DNA of 63,424 nt, the filler included. It is 7 parts of 7 records of this genome, joined end to end, with 100 filler letters (N's around TTAATTAATTAA, not from the genome) between each part and the next. Parts side by side here need not be neighbours in the genome. Positions count along the whole stretch, not along the records: positions 38,898 to 45,403 come from SRR31156797_17207; positions 45,504 to 53,500 come from SRR31156797_17210; 5 more parts are not named here. The stretch is one strand, 5' to 3'. Of the stretch, positions 39,407-49,984 are shown one piece after another (position 1 is the first letter of the stretch; the number at the start of each line of letters is the position of its first letter). The notes beneath the pieces were generated by a model that did not search any database, was not told where the DNA came from, and saw only the letters and a list, made by a program, of their open reading frames with translations. The position numbers and the translations under genes are program-made.

Positions 39407-40609
39407 GTGAAAGGAAAAAGTCAAAGGCTTTTGTGGGGATTAGTCGCATGTCTGTGCCTGGTTCTGTCCGGCGGTCCGGCTTGGGCCGAATCGGGAGTTT
39501 CCGCGGACAAAATTCTGGTGGGCGGAATCGCCGACTTGTCAGGGCCGGCCGCGGCCATGGGCAAGGGAATTGTTGACGGCGCCAAACTCTATTTTCGTTC
39601 CGTCAACGAAAACGGCGGCGTTCACGGCCGCAAAATCGAATACCTGGCTGAAGACGACGGCTTCCAGTCCCCGCGTGCGGTGCAGGCATGTAAGAAACTG
39701 ATCACCCGAGAAGACGTCTTCTGTTTCTTCATGGTCATGGGTTCGGCCCAGATCAACGCCATGTATCCCTTATTGGAAGCCAGGGGCATCCCCCTGGTCG
39801 TAGCCGCCACCCAGAGCCAGGAAATGGCGGTTCCGCCGCGTAAATACCTCTTCCTGGCCGATGTGACCTATACCGAACAGGGCAAGCTGGCCGTGGAATG
39901 GCTGGTGGAAGACAAGGGCGCCAAAAAAGCAAAGCTGGCCTGTATCTACCAGGACGACACTCCGGGCCATGATTGGCTCAACGGGGTGAGTATTGGAGCA
40001 AAACATTACGGCCTGGACCTGGTAAAGCTGCCTTATAAACGGGGCGATGTGGATTTCAGCACCCAGGTGGCGAAATGCAAGGAAGCCGGAGTCACCCACA
40101 TCCTCCAATGGACCATGATCCGGGAACCGGCGATCATCTTTAAGGAAGCCCAGCGGCTCCAGTACAAACCCACGGTAGTATGCGCCCACCCGGCCATGCA
40201 TCCCGGCGTGCTCAAACTGGCCGGCGACTCCGTGCAGAACCTCTCCGGCCTTTACCTGACCAGCTTCATGCTCGATCCGGCCACGGAAACTTCCGATTCC
40301 CTGGAAGCATTCAGGGCTCTTTGCGCCAAATACAAAACCGTGGATCCCAGAAACACATATGCCTTGTACGGATACCAGGCGGCCATGGTTCTGGTGGAAG
40401 GTTTTAAGCGTGCAGGAAAAGACCTGACCAGGGACGGCCTGGTCAAGGCCCTTGAATCATTCGCCGGGTATGACAACGGCATTATCCCGCCCATAACCTG
40501 GAGTGCTGCAAGCCGCGGCGGCAAGCATGCGGCTGTCAAAATTTTCCAGGCCGACGCGGGCCAGTGGGTCTCCATCACCAAGGGGTGGAGAGCTTCCAAA
40601 ATCCAATAA
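39407..40609 (+). CDS. Liv-type (PBP1) ABC substrate-binding protein
   Basis: Signal peptide, DLSGPAA, NENGGVHGRKIE…DD. Confidence 0.9.
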   Translation: MKGKSQRLLWGLVACLCLVLSGGPAWAESGVSADKILVGGIADLSGPAAAMGKGIVDGAKLYFRSVNENGGVHGRKIEYLAEDDGFQSPRAVQACKKLITREDVFCFFMVMGSAQINAMYPLLEARGIPLVVAATQSQEMAVPPRKYLFLADVTYTEQGKLAVEWLVEDKGAKKAKLACIYQDDTPGHDWLNGVSIGAKHYGLDLVKLPYKRGDVDFSTQVAKCKEAGVTHILQWTMIREPAIIFKEAQRLQYKPTVVCAHPAMHPGVLKLAGDSVQNLSGLYLTSFMLDPATETSDSLEAFRALCAKYKTVDPRNTYALYGYQAAMVLVEGFKRAGKDLTRDGLVKALESFAGYDNGIIPPITWSAASRGGKHAAVKIFQADAGQWVSITKGWRASKIQ

Positions 40610-40702
40610 CTTATATTCCTGAATCAGGCTTCGGCGTCCGGGTATGCTCAGATATTTTCTCCCGGTCGCCTTGGCCGAAAGTATAAAATCGAGAGGTCGA
40701 AC

Positions 40703-42532
40703 ATGGCGATCGTCAGGAAAAAGCCGACCCTGGACCCTGGTCTGGATACAGTGCCCAAGCTCTTTCATGCTCAAGTTGAAAAATACGGCGACCGGGTCGC
40801 CATGCGGGAGAAGGTCCTGGGACTTTGGCGGGAAATCTCCTGGAACCAGTACCGCGACAACGTGCATCGGGCCGCGGCAGGCATGCTGAAGCTGGGGCTT
40901 CAGCCCGGCCAGTGCGTTTCCATCCTGAGCGAAAACCTGCCCGAGTGGCTTTTTTGCGACATCGCCTGCCTCTGCCTTGGCGGAGTCACTGTCGGAATAT
41001 ATACCACCAGCTCAACCGAGGAACTTGCTTATATACTGGGCGATAACGGCTCACGCATTTTGTTTGTGGAAAATGAAGAACAACTCGACAAGGCCCTGGC
41101 CGCCCGCGCCGATCTGCCCGAGCTGGCCTGGATTATTGTTTATGATATGGAAGGACTTCGTAATTTCAAGGACCCCATGGTCATGAGTTATGACGACTTT
41201 TTACAGGCTGGAACCATTGACCTTGAAGCATCGCCCGACCTGATCGAAACGCGCTGGCCCAACGTCAAACCGTCGGACATCGCCCTTATCGTATACACTT
41301 CCGGCACTACCGGGCCGCCCAAAGGGGCAATGCTGACCCACGATAACGTCACCTGGACCAGCCTGGCGGTCATGGTCGCCAGTCCGGCTGCGGAAGGGGA
41401 CGAAGTTCTGTCCTTTCTGCCCCTGTGTCACGTGGCTGAACGTAATATGTCCACTTTCTGCGCCATGACGTACGGCTTTGTGGTCAATTTTGCCGAAAGC
41501 CTGGACACGGTCCCGGAAAACATAAGGGAAATATCGCCGCATACTTTTTTCGCCGTGCCGCGCATCTGGGAAAAATTTTATTCTTCAATTATTTTGACCA
41601 TGCAGGAATCAACCTGGTTGGAAAAGAAAGTCTATAACTGGGCCGTGGATGTTGGTAAAAAAGCCGTCTCCTTGCGGTCCGAAGGTCAACCTGTTCCGTT
41701 CGGCCTTCGAATACGAAGAGCCCTGGCCCATTTCCTGGTCTTTGAAAACCTCAAACGGAAATTGGGATTGGAGCGGGCCGAGTTCGTCACTTCCGGGGCA
41801 GCTCCAATAGCCCCGGATATTTTGTTGTTTTTTCACGCCGTGGGTATTGATGTACGCGAAGCCTACGGTCAGACCGAAAGCACCGGGCCGGCGACCTTTC
41901 ACCAGGGCGACGACATCAAACTGGGAACGGTCGGCTCCCCCGTGGAAGGGGTTTCAATTCGTCTCGACGAGGACGGTGAAATCCTTATCAGTGGAAAATG
42001 CGTTTTTGCCGGGTACTATAACAAGCCGGAACTCACAAGCCGAACCGTCAAAAACGGCTGGCTGCATACCGGAGATGTGGGCCGGATCGATTCGGCCGGC
42101 CATGTAAGCATTACCGACCGGAAAAAAGACATAATCATCACTTCGGGCGGCAAGAACATCACTCCTTCGTATATAGAAAACAAGCTTAAATTCAGTCCTT
42201 ATATCCACGACGCCGTTGTTATCGGGGACGGAAGGAAATACCTCACCGCCCTGATCATGATAGACAAGGAAAACGTCACCCAATTCGCCCAGGACGCCCG
42301 GGTTCCCTTCACAACATTCAAGAGCCTCTGCGGAAACCCTGATATCGGCGAGCTTATTGAAAACGAAGTTGCCGGCGTGAACCGGACTTTGTCCCAGGTG
42401 GAAAAAATAAAAAAATTCCGGCTGATAGATGTGGAACTGACCAGTGACGATCCAGAATTGACCGCAACCATGAAGCTTAAGCGTAAAACCGTAAACGAGC
42501 GTTTCAGTCCGCTCATCGAAGCCATGTATTAG
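40703..42532 (+). CDS. Long-chain fatty acid-CoA ligase (AMP-dependent synthetase)
   Basis: YTSGTTGPPKG, LPLCHVAER, VPRIWEK, YGQTE, GWLHTGD, DRKKDIIITSGGKNI. Confidence 0.93.
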   Translation: MAIVRKKPTLDPGLDTVPKLFHAQVEKYGDRVAMREKVLGLWREISWNQYRDNVHRAAAGMLKLGLQPGQCVSILSENLPEWLFCDIACLCLGGVTVGIYTTSSTEELAYILGDNGSRILFVENEEQLDKALAARADLPELAWIIVYDMEGLRNFKDPMVMSYDDFLQAGTIDLEASPDLIETRWPNVKPSDIALIVYTSGTTGPPKGAMLTHDNVTWTSLAVMVASPAAEGDEVLSFLPLCHVAERNMSTFCAMTYGFVVNFAESLDTVPENIREISPHTFFAVPRIWEKFYSSIILTMQESTWLEKKVYNWAVDVGKKAVSLRSEGQPVPFGLRIRRALAHFLVFENLKRKLGLERAEFVTSGAAPIAPDILLFFHAVGIDVREAYGQTESTGPATFHQGDDIKLGTVGSPVEGVSIRLDEDGEILISGKCVFAGYYNKPELTSRTVKNGWLHTGDVGRIDSAGHVSITDRKKDIIITSGGKNITPSYIENKLKFSPYIHDAVVIGDGRKYLTALIMIDKENVTQFAQDARVPFTTFKSLCGNPDIGELIENEVAGVNRTLSQVEKIKKFRLIDVELTSDDPELTATMKLKRKTVNERFSPLIEAMY

Positions 42533-42570
42533 GATTGGAATGCTAAAAAGTTTCGAAGCCCGTCCTTCCT

Positions 42571-44451
42571 CTAATGGCCGTAAATATTTCTGAACCTGAG
42601 GAGAAGGCGCTCCGCGTTGCTCAATTCCGCGCGCTCCTCAAGCACTTTTTTCACCGCGGACGGGTCATTGGTGATTATATTATCCACGCCCCTGTCTATC
42701 ATCAGGGCGATGTCAGCCGGCCTGTCCACCGTCCAGACATGCACTTCCTTGCCATTGGCATGGGCCGAACCAATCAGGCTGTCCGTGGCCAGGGCCATGG
42801 AAACAGCCAGAAAATCCACATCCAACCTGGAAATATCCCCGATCGCCGCCGCCGGAGTATAGCCCACAAATATGCGCGGATTTATTTTCCTTACTTCTTC
42901 TATCTCTCTCAGTTTTAAAGACATGACAATGTCCGTGGACGCCCGGCCTCTTTTTTTCAACATTTTTACAACTTCGGCAGCCAACAGGCGTCCCTTGCCG
43001 CTGTAATCCTTTAATTCCACGTTCAACCGGATTTTGCCCTCAACCTCGCTGATTATCTCATCAAGCGTCGGTAATTTCTCGCCTTTAAATTCAGGCCCGA
43101 AATATCCGCCAACATCGGCTTTACGCAATTCGGAAAATTTTGTTTTGGAAATCACAATGGGAAGACCGGAAACCCGCATTAAATCAACGTCATGGGCCGC
43201 GACAATCACTCCGTCCGCTGTTAATTGCACGTCAATCTCGGCATAATCCGCACCGTCGATAATGGCTTGTTTAATTGAGCTTAGAGTATTTTCCGGCGCG
43301 GCCAGGGAACTGCCGCGGTGGGCCGTGATTTTAACCCTGTCTTCAAATGCGGTGTTTTCCAACAGGTCGATCGAAAGCCAGGCAGCCGCCCCGAATATTA
43401 GAACAATAATCGCCCAAACCGTTTTGCGGCCGATTTTCCACGAAGGTTGATATTCACCGCCGGCTTCTCCGGCAAATATATCGGAGCCGTCATTAAATCC
43501 CATTGCGGTTGAATACATTAAATAAAGACGAACAGTCAGCAAGCACCCTATGGATGTTCCTAAAAAAAACAGAGCAACTCCTGTCAAGATGTTTACAACT
43601 GATAAAAGGCCTAAAACGAACACCAGTAGGGGTGTTGACCGCCCTGCGGCCTCGATCAACAATTCGCCTGTAAAATATATGACCGTATTAGCGGCTACGG
43701 ACAACAAAAGCCACAATACCAGCCAGATAATTATCGGTCGCGCTAATTGAAAAAACGATCCTTTTACCGTTTCCCTGCTTTTCTTGAATACTTTTAATAT
43801 TGACCCCTGGCCAAAAAGGGATGCTGGTAAAATAAAAACCAGTGATAAATAGAGACGAATTAAAACAGCAAGGGCGCCTGCCCCCAAAAGCGCGGCTATA
43901 ACAATAGCCCAAATGAATTCAGGCGGTTTAACGGATAAGTAATAATTAATATCATGGCTTGTGATCAGCATTTGGTAGGCTGTAAATACGCCCAGTGCAA
44001 AAGGGCTGATCGCGACCGCGGCGCCGGCAAACCACACAGCGCCGACCTTGAATACCGCCCCTGACTTTTTTATCGTAAAAGCAAGGGCGCTGTAATGAGT
44101 CGTTTGCTGGTTTGAAGCCAAACCTCGACCAATATACATCAGGCCGGAAAATTCCATAAAACTTAAGGCAAACAACAACGGGACCATGACCGCCAAAGCG
44201 ATCAAGCCGACAGGCGAGGCCAAAAATCGCAGAATATCATGATTGCCGATAGCCTGCCTGCCGGTTGAAGAAATAACCGTGTTTAAAAGCCAGGCCGTCA
44301 CCGGGGAAATCAGAACAAACATAATCGCCTTGAACAGCAGGTCGTACAAGGCCAGTTGCGGCAGGCCCCGGCGAAAGTCCCGCCAGACTGTCATTAATAC
44401 TTCCCGCGTCTGAAATACAGGATTCAAGCTCGGTTCAGTTGCGTTATCCAT
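42571..44451 (-). CDS. Glycerophosphodiester phosphodiesterase with N-terminal membrane domain
   Basis: About 7 TMs, then AHRG…APENT, EIDVQ, HD, NVELK, WTVD, IITND. Confidence 0.93.
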   Translation of the reverse strand: MDNATEPSLNPVFQTREVLMTVWRDFRRGLPQLALYDLLFKAIMFVLISPVTAWLLNTVISSTGRQAIGNHDILRFLASPVGLIALAVMVPLLFALSFMEFSGLMYIGRGLASNQQTTHYSALAFTIKKSGAVFKVGAVWFAGAAVAISPFALGVFTAYQMLITSHDINYYLSVKPPEFIWAIVIAALLGAGALAVLIRLYLSLVFILPASLFGQGSILKVFKKSRETVKGSFFQLARPIIIWLVLWLLLSVAANTVIYFTGELLIEAAGRSTPLLVFVLGLLSVVNILTGVALFFLGTSIGCLLTVRLYLMYSTAMGFNDGSDIFAGEAGGEYQPSWKIGRKTVWAIIVLIFGAAAWLSIDLLENTAFEDRVKITAHRGSSLAAPENTLSSIKQAIIDGADYAEIDVQLTADGVIVAAHDVDLMRVSGLPIVISKTKFSELRKADVGGYFGPEFKGEKLPTLDEIISEVEGKIRLNVELKDYSGKGRLLAAEVVKMLKKRGRASTDIVMSLKLREIEEVRKINPRIFVGYTPAAAIGDISRLDVDFLAVSMALATDSLIGSAHANGKEVHVWTVDRPADIALMIDRGVDNIITNDPSAVKKVLEERAELSNAERLLLRFRNIYGH

Positions 44452-44550
44452 ATCTATTATAACTGTCAGGATGTCAGTGTGTTGTCAACCTGCCATTTTT
44501 TTTCATACAGATCATAAGTTCCAGGCATACAGTAATTTTTATAAAAATAG

Positions 44551-45402
44551 CTATATGATCTTCTCTTTGAGAACCTTGCCGCTCTTATCCAAAAACAATC
44601 GCTTCTTACTGCCATCCGGAAGATTTTCTTCCACAATCTTTTCAACGCCGGTTTTGAGCGCCGATTCCCTTGTACTGAATAACTCTCGTCGTGTTTCTTT
44701 TTGGTTTTTGTCGTAATGCGCTTTAAATTTGAAAAAACCTGTGTCGGCCGCAGCCTTGTCGGAGTAAAAAACTTCCTGGCTCTTGACGCGTTCTCCTTCG
44801 GCAAGGAGGCCTATGCGCATAAAGATTCCGGATTGAGCTGCGTAAGAGTCGGTATGATAAGTTATCATCTTTCTGAGATTATCATTTTTATCTAAAAATC
44901 CGATATGCTTGGCATCCCCTTCGAGGTATGTTTCACTGTCTTTATAATAAACGTATTCGATAGTAATACCGCCGAATTCATTCGACTTATCAATAACTCT
45001 CCATGTCGAATCCTCGCTTTTGGATGCGTCTGCGGCAGCTGGACTTTTAGTTGTAACCGCTGCAGCCGTGCTTGGAGCCGCGACCGCGGCAGGGCTTGCT
45101 GGTGCACCTGCCGTACCGATGTAGCGAAGATCCTGAATTTCCTTTTTTCCTTCCATGTCGGTAACCAGCATTGGGTATATCGGGTCGGCAAGTGAAAATT
45201 CATATAACAATTTGACATAAAATATCTCGCCCCTGGCAATGTCAAACACTACGGTCATGCCATACGCCCTGGATGAGGTGATGCTGTATTTCCCCGGCGG
45301 AACGTCGACGTAGAAAAATCCGCCTGCAACAGCCTGCCCCACATGCAATCCGTTAAGCATAACAGCGGCCTTGAGCCCTCCGCCTGCAAAGCCGGCTGAC
45401 CT
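44551..45402 (-). CDS. DUF2846-like domain + Ala/Pro/Thr linker + unknown C-terminal domain (5' truncated)
   Basis: The frame stays open to the contig end: RSAGFAGGGLKAAVMLNG…GGFFYVDVPPGKY…GEIFYVK, a DUF2846 pattern. Confidence 0.7.
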   Translation of the reverse strand, partial: RSAGFAGGGLKAAVMLNGLHVGQAVAGGFFYVDVPPGKYSITSSRAYGMTVVFDIARGEIFYVKLLYEFSLADPIYPMLVTDMEGKKEIQDLRYIGTAGAPASPAAVAAPSTAAAVTTKSPAAADASKSEDSTWRVIDKSNEFGGITIEYVYYKDSETYLEGDAKHIGFLDKNDNLRKMITYHTDSYAAQSGIFMRIGLLAEGERVKSQEVFYSDKAAADTGFFKFKAHYDKNQKETRRELFSTRESALKTGVEKIVEENLPDGSKKRLFLDKSGKVLKEKII

Positions 45403-45403
45403 G

Positions 45404-45503
45404 NNNNNNNNNNNNNNNNNNNNNNNNNNNNNNNNNNNNNNNNNNNNTTAATTAATTAANNNNNNNNNNNNNNNNNNNNNNNNNNNNNNNNNNNNNNNNN
45501 NNN
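45404..45503. other. Artificial contig spacer
   Basis: N44-TTAATTAATTAA-N44. Confidence 0.99.
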
Positions 45504-45611
45504 AACCGCTTCAGCCAGAAGAAGGCGGCGGAGGCCCTGGGGCTCAGCTACGACCAGTTCCGCGGCCTGTTTAAAAAATACAGGGATGATCTGGAACAGG
45601 GGAAGAGCTGA
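45504..45611 (+). CDS. pspF: Phage shock activator PspF-like, C-terminal HTH (5' truncated)
   Basis: Manual translation NRFSQKKAAEALGLSYDQFRGLFKKY…*, the characteristic PspF C-terminus. Confidence 0.75.
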   Translation, partial: NRFSQKKAAEALGLSYDQFRGLFKKYRDDLEQGKS

Positions 45612-45635
45612 GGGAAGGAAGCCCCCTGTGCGATA

Positions 45636-46508
45636 TCAGGACTTCCATCCCTCCAGCATCTCCGCGGCGTTATAGGAGCTGCGGACAAAGGGGGCGCAGG
45701 CCGCGGCCTTGAAGCCCATGGCCAGGGCCTTCTCCCTGTAGGCGTTGAAGCTGTCGGGGCTGACGTACTTCTTCACCCGCAGATGCTCCTTCGAGGGGGC
45801 CAGATACTGCCCCATGGTCAGGAAATCGCAGTCCGCCTTTCTCAGATCCTCGAGAACGCGCATCACCTGCGCCTCCGTCTCTCCCAGCCCCAGCATCAGA
45901 CCTGATTTCGTAAAGAGCCCTGGATTGATGCTTTTCACCCTGGCGAGCAGCTCGAGGGACTGCCCGTAATCGGCCTGGGGCCTCACCTGTGCGTAGAGCT
46001 CCGGCACGGTCTCCACGTTATGGTTCAGGATCTCGGGGCCCGCATCCACCACCGTCTTCAGGGCGTCGGCGCTCCCCTTGAAATCGGGGATAAGCACCTC
46101 GATTCCCACGGGAGGCTCCAGGGCGTGGACCTCCCGGATAAGAGCGGCGAAATGGGCGGCGCCCCCGTCCTCAAGATCATCCCGGGTCACCGAGGTGACC
46201 ACGGCGAACCTCAATCCCAGGGCTTTGACCGCTTCGGCCAGCTTCCGGGGCTCATCGGGATCCACCGACTCGGGAAGGGCGCTGGTCACGTTGCAGAAAC
46301 GGCAGTTCCGGGTGCAGTGAGCCCCCAGGACCATGAAGGTGGCGGTTTTTTTGCTGTAGCACTCCATCCTGTTGGGACAGTTGGCCTCGCGGCAGACCGT
46401 ATTCAGGCCCGTATCCCTCAGAAGATCCTCCACATAGGCGAGGTTGCCGCCCCGGCGGATGGGGATCTTCAGCCACTCCGGCTTTCTCAAGACGTCCTTA
46501 TCTTCCAT
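45636..46508 (-). CDS. lipA: Lipoyl synthase
   Basis: CREANCPNRMEC, CTRNCRFC, VTRDDL, HNVETV, RSSY. Confidence 0.97.
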   Translation of the reverse strand: MEDKDVLRKPEWLKIPIRRGGNLAYVEDLLRDTGLNTVCREANCPNRMECYSKKTATFMVLGAHCTRNCRFCNVTSALPESVDPDEPRKLAEAVKALGLRFAVVTSVTRDDLEDGGAAHFAALIREVHALEPPVGIEVLIPDFKGSADALKTVVDAGPEILNHNVETVPELYAQVRPQADYGQSLELLARVKSINPGLFTKSGLMLGLGETEAQVMRVLEDLRKADCDFLTMGQYLAPSKEHLRVKKYVSPDSFNAYREKALAMGFKAAACAPFVRSSYNAAEMLEGWKS

Positions 46509-47151
46509 AAATCAACTCCATACTGTCGTAACCGTAGATCCGCCTGTACAGTTCCGCCAGCCGGGGGATGAGAGCCTCCATATCCTGGCTCTGCCCGGTC
46601 AGCTTCTTCAGAGAGGTCACCCCCTTATCGCTTATGCCGCAGGGAACGATCCATTTGAAGTGTTCCAGATCCGTATTGACATTGAAGGCGAAGCCGTGCA
46701 TGGTGATCTCCCGTTCGATGGCCAGACCGATGGCGGTGATCTTGTCATCCCCGACCCAGACCCCCCGGTGTTTGTCGTGACGCTGAGCCTCTATGCCGAA
46801 CTCCTGGTCCAGGAAGCGGACGAACACCTCCTCCAGATTATGGACGAACTGCTTCACCCTCCGGGAGAAGGCGGAAAGATCGACAATGAGATAGCCCACG
46901 AGCTGTCCCGGACCGTGATAGGTGACCTCTCCCCCCCTGTTGGTCTTCACGACGGGGATATGAAGCGCATTCGCATCGATCAGGATATTATGGCTCTGCT
47001 CCCGGCGTCCCGTGGTCAGAACGGGGGGATGCTCCAGAAGGATGAGACAGTCGCCGCACTCGCCGCGCCGCCTCTTCTCCACAAGCTCATACTGCCAGGC
47101 CAGGGCCTCTTCATAGGGGACGAGCCCCGGAATGTACACATTCAGATTCAT
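46498..47151 (-). CDS. lipB: Octanoyltransferase
   Basis: LEHPPV.T.G, RGGEVTYHGPGQLVGY, HGFAFNV, IVPCG. Confidence 0.97.
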   Translation of the reverse strand: MNLNVYIPGLVPYEEALAWQYELVEKRRRGECGDCLILLEHPPVLTTGRREQSHNILIDANALHIPVVKTNRGGEVTYHGPGQLVGYLIVDLSAFSRRVKQFVHNLEEVFVRFLDQEFGIEAQRHDKHRGVWVGDDKITAIGLAIEREITMHGFAFNVNTDLEHFKWIVPCGISDKGVTSLKKLTGQSQDMEALIPRLAELYRRIYGYDSMELIYGR

Positions 47152-47306
47152 GGCCCCATTGTATCCTTTAGGCCCTGATCGGGAAAAGCCCCTCCGGAAA
47201 GGGCTGAGCCTTTACTACTTGCTGCGGTCTGCTGTAAAATCACACACAAAATGAAAAAACGAACAGTCGCACATCATAGATATATATACTCCGTACATCG
47301 GGAGGC

Positions 47307-48683
47307 TTGCTGCTGAATACCCGCGCCAGGCTTTTCCTCATTGCCCTTTTCCTGATATCGACACCCCTTTTCTCGCGGGAACTGCCCTCCTGGCTGACGG
47401 GAAAGACCCCCGACGGTCACTGCGACAACCCGGTTTTCGTGATTAATGATATCCGCTACAGGATAGAAGGGATCACCCGAGAGGAGTCCCTGAAGAACTA
47501 CCTGGACCTGCCCGAGAGGCCCTGTTTTGAGGATTACGCGTCCATGACAGCTTTTGTGGAGGAGCAGGAGCAGAGGATGATCAACCTGAGGATCTTCGAC
47601 GAGGTTGAAACCGGCCTGACCCTGACAGAAGCAGGGAGCGGGGGAGAGCCCGCTCTGTACAGGATGGACATCTTCGTATCCAGTTCCTGGACCTTCTTTC
47701 CCCTTATCGTTCCCACCTTCGACACCAATGACGAGTTTACCCTCAAGACAAAGATCTCCTACAGCAATGTGCTGGGCACCCTGGTCGATCTGAGCCTGGA
47801 CGGAGACTTTCTGATCGGCATCGACCCCGAAACCGATGAGATGGGGATCGATTTCTGGGATCTGGAGACCCGAATGTCCAATATCTACCTCTGGGGCCTG
47901 GACCTCTCCTTCTCCTGGCATCAATCCCATCAGAGGATCATAAGCAAGGACAAAGGGGAGATCGAGGAATACTACATCTTTGACAAAACGGGGTTTCTCA
48001 TCTCTTCTACCTTTGATCTGGGACGGGACTTCTACTATACGGTAGGACCCGGCGCGGAATTTACCTACAACTACGATAACAGAAGCGATTCTGACACCTC
48101 CTTCAAGAAAGAGCCCCAGTCCTATGGACTGTACCAGGAGCTCGGTCTGGACAGGGTGGACTGGATAGGCAATTTCCAGAAGGGCTACAAGACGGAGACC
48201 GATCTCTTAACGCGTATGGTCTGGAACAAAGGCAAGGACATCAAGGGGAGCATGGGAGTGTCCGCCTCCTACTTCGGCATCCTTTCCCCCCGGATATCAT
48301 GGGGCTGTCGGATCAAGGGACTCTGGGCCATGGACGACAGGATCTACAAGCTGGGCGAGCATATGCGGGGCGTACCCGATTTCGACCTGACCGGTTACGG
48401 GGCGCTCTTTTTCAACACGACCCTCCCCGTTTCGGTGGCCACCGTCGACGGATTGGCGGAGGGGCAGATCGCCCCCTTTATCGATATGGGAGTCATCAAT
48501 CCGGTGGGCGGGAAGTTCCGTACCCGTGAACATATGAGGATGACCGCAGGGATGGATTTTCTGGTTTTCCCGGAGAAGATAACCTCCGTCCAGCTCAGGA
48601 TCAGCCTGGGGTACGACCTCTTCGGGCCGGCTCCGGCTTCGGAGCGCTACGAGATACTCCTCTCCACGTCCCTCTTCCTATAG
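47307..48683 (+). CDS. Omp85/POTRA-like outer-membrane beta-barrel protein
   Basis: Signal peptide, POTRA-like segment (GITRE…QRMINLRIFDEV), W.FFP.IVP, MRG loop motif, alternating beta strands. Confidence 0.62.
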   Translation: MLLNTRARLFLIALFLISTPLFSRELPSWLTGKTPDGHCDNPVFVINDIRYRIEGITREESLKNYLDLPERPCFEDYASMTAFVEEQEQRMINLRIFDEVETGLTLTEAGSGGEPALYRMDIFVSSSWTFFPLIVPTFDTNDEFTLKTKISYSNVLGTLVDLSLDGDFLIGIDPETDEMGIDFWDLETRMSNIYLWGLDLSFSWHQSHQRIISKDKGEIEEYYIFDKTGFLISSTFDLGRDFYYTVGPGAEFTYNYDNRSDSDTSFKKEPQSYGLYQELGLDRVDWIGNFQKGYKTETDLLTRMVWNKGKDIKGSMGVSASYFGILSPRISWGCRIKGLWAMDDRIYKLGEHMRGVPDFDLTGYGALFFNTTLPVSVATVDGLAEGQIAPFIDMGVINPVGGKFRTREHMRMTAGMDFLVFPEKITSVQLRISLGYDLFGPAPASERYEILLSTSLFL

Positions 48684-48698
48684 GCCTTTACCCGGCTC

Positions 48699-49895
48699 TC
48701 AGTGCTTCCCGCCATGGGGCCTTTCGGCCAGGGTGATGCTGGTGTGGAGGATATCGCCGTTTCGCATGTACTCCACATCGTACACGTCACCCGGCCGGGA
48801 GCCCTCCAGAACGGAGAAGTAATCCAGTACATTGCGGATCTCCACATCGTTTATCCGGGTAATGATGTCCCCGCCCACATTCACGCTGTTCAATCCCAGG
48901 CCTATGGTCCTTCGGTTTTCACCGCCCCGCAGACCGGCTGATTCAGCATTGCCACCGGGCAGAACCGAGGTGACCAGGATGCCGTATTTCACGAAGGGGA
49001 TCTGAAGCTGCTGAGACAGATTGGGGGTCATGGAAAGGGCCTCGATATCGATCCAGCCGCGGATAACCCGTCCGTGCTCGATCAGTTCGGGCACGATGCG
49101 AAGGGCCGTTTCCACGGGAATGGCGAAGCCTATCCCCACGCTGCCGTTGCCGCCGGGGCTCAGTATCATGGTATTGATCCCGATCAGCTCGCCCTTTGAG
49201 TTCAGGAGAGCCCCACCCGAATTCCCGGGATTGATGGCGGCGTCGGTCTGTATCATCCCCTTCAGCAGGAAACCGTCCTGCGTCTGCAGGGGCCGGTTGA
49301 TCCCCGATACGATGCCCGTCGTCAGGGTTCCCTCCAGTCCGAAGGGATTGCCCAGGGCCAGTACCTTCTGACCGACCTGCAGGTCTCTGGCGCTGCCGGA
49401 TTTTATGGTCTGGAGCTTTCTTCCGGCAGGCTCGAATTTGATCACCGCCAGATCGTTCTCCACATCGCTTCCGATGATCCTGGCCTGATAGTTGGTCCCG
49501 TCGTAGAGGGTGACGACCATATAGTCGGCATCGGTGATGACATGCTTGTTCGTAAGGACATAGCCGGCTTCCGACACGATAACGCCCGAGCCGCTTCCCT
49601 CCTGTGAGTAGGCTCCCATAAAGCGGGACCGGTAAAGATTCACCGTAGTCACATTGACGATGGCGCGGATGTTGTCCCGGTAGATCTGCATGCTGTTGAC
49701 CTCGTGGGCGGTAAAGCCCTCGGACCGGATCTCAGGCAGCGGCGGTTCCTGATACTCCCCCAGAGCGGGATCGCTCCAGCTGGCGGCGCTGACCGTACTG
49801 ACTTCCTGCGAAGAACGGGACAGGGACGCACAGGAGGCTAAAATCAATACGGCACTCAGGAAAAGAAATCTCTGAATAACGCGACAAGTATCCAT
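48699..49895 (-). CDS. HtrA-family trypsin-like serine protease lipoprotein with one PDZ domain
   Basis: Lipobox LASC, GSGSGV, TNKHV, DLAVIK, QTDAAINPGNSGG. Confidence 0.95.
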   Translation of the reverse strand: MDTCRVIQRFLFLSAVLILASCASLSRSSQEVSTVSAASWSDPALGEYQEPPLPEIRSEGFTAHEVNSMQIYRDNIRAIVNVTTVNLYRSRFMGAYSQEGSGSGVIVSEAGYVLTNKHVITDADYMVVTLYDGTNYQARIIGSDVENDLAVIKFEPAGRKLQTIKSGSARDLQVGQKVLALGNPFGLEGTLTTGIVSGINRPLQTQDGFLLKGMIQTDAAINPGNSGGALLNSKGELIGINTMILSPGGNGSVGIGFAIPVETALRIVPELIEHGRVIRGWIDIEALSMTPNLSQQLQIPFVKYGILVTSVLPGGNAESAGLRGGENRRTIGLGLNSVNVGGDIITRINDVEIRNVLDYFSVLEGSRPGDVYDVEYMRNGDILHTSITLAERPHGGKH

Positions 49896-49984
49896 ATAAC
49901 ACCTCCCGATATAGGATAAGGGACATCTCCCCTCTAAATTCTAAGCTATCCGGGACGGCGATATGTGAATTTCCTGCGGATTTT

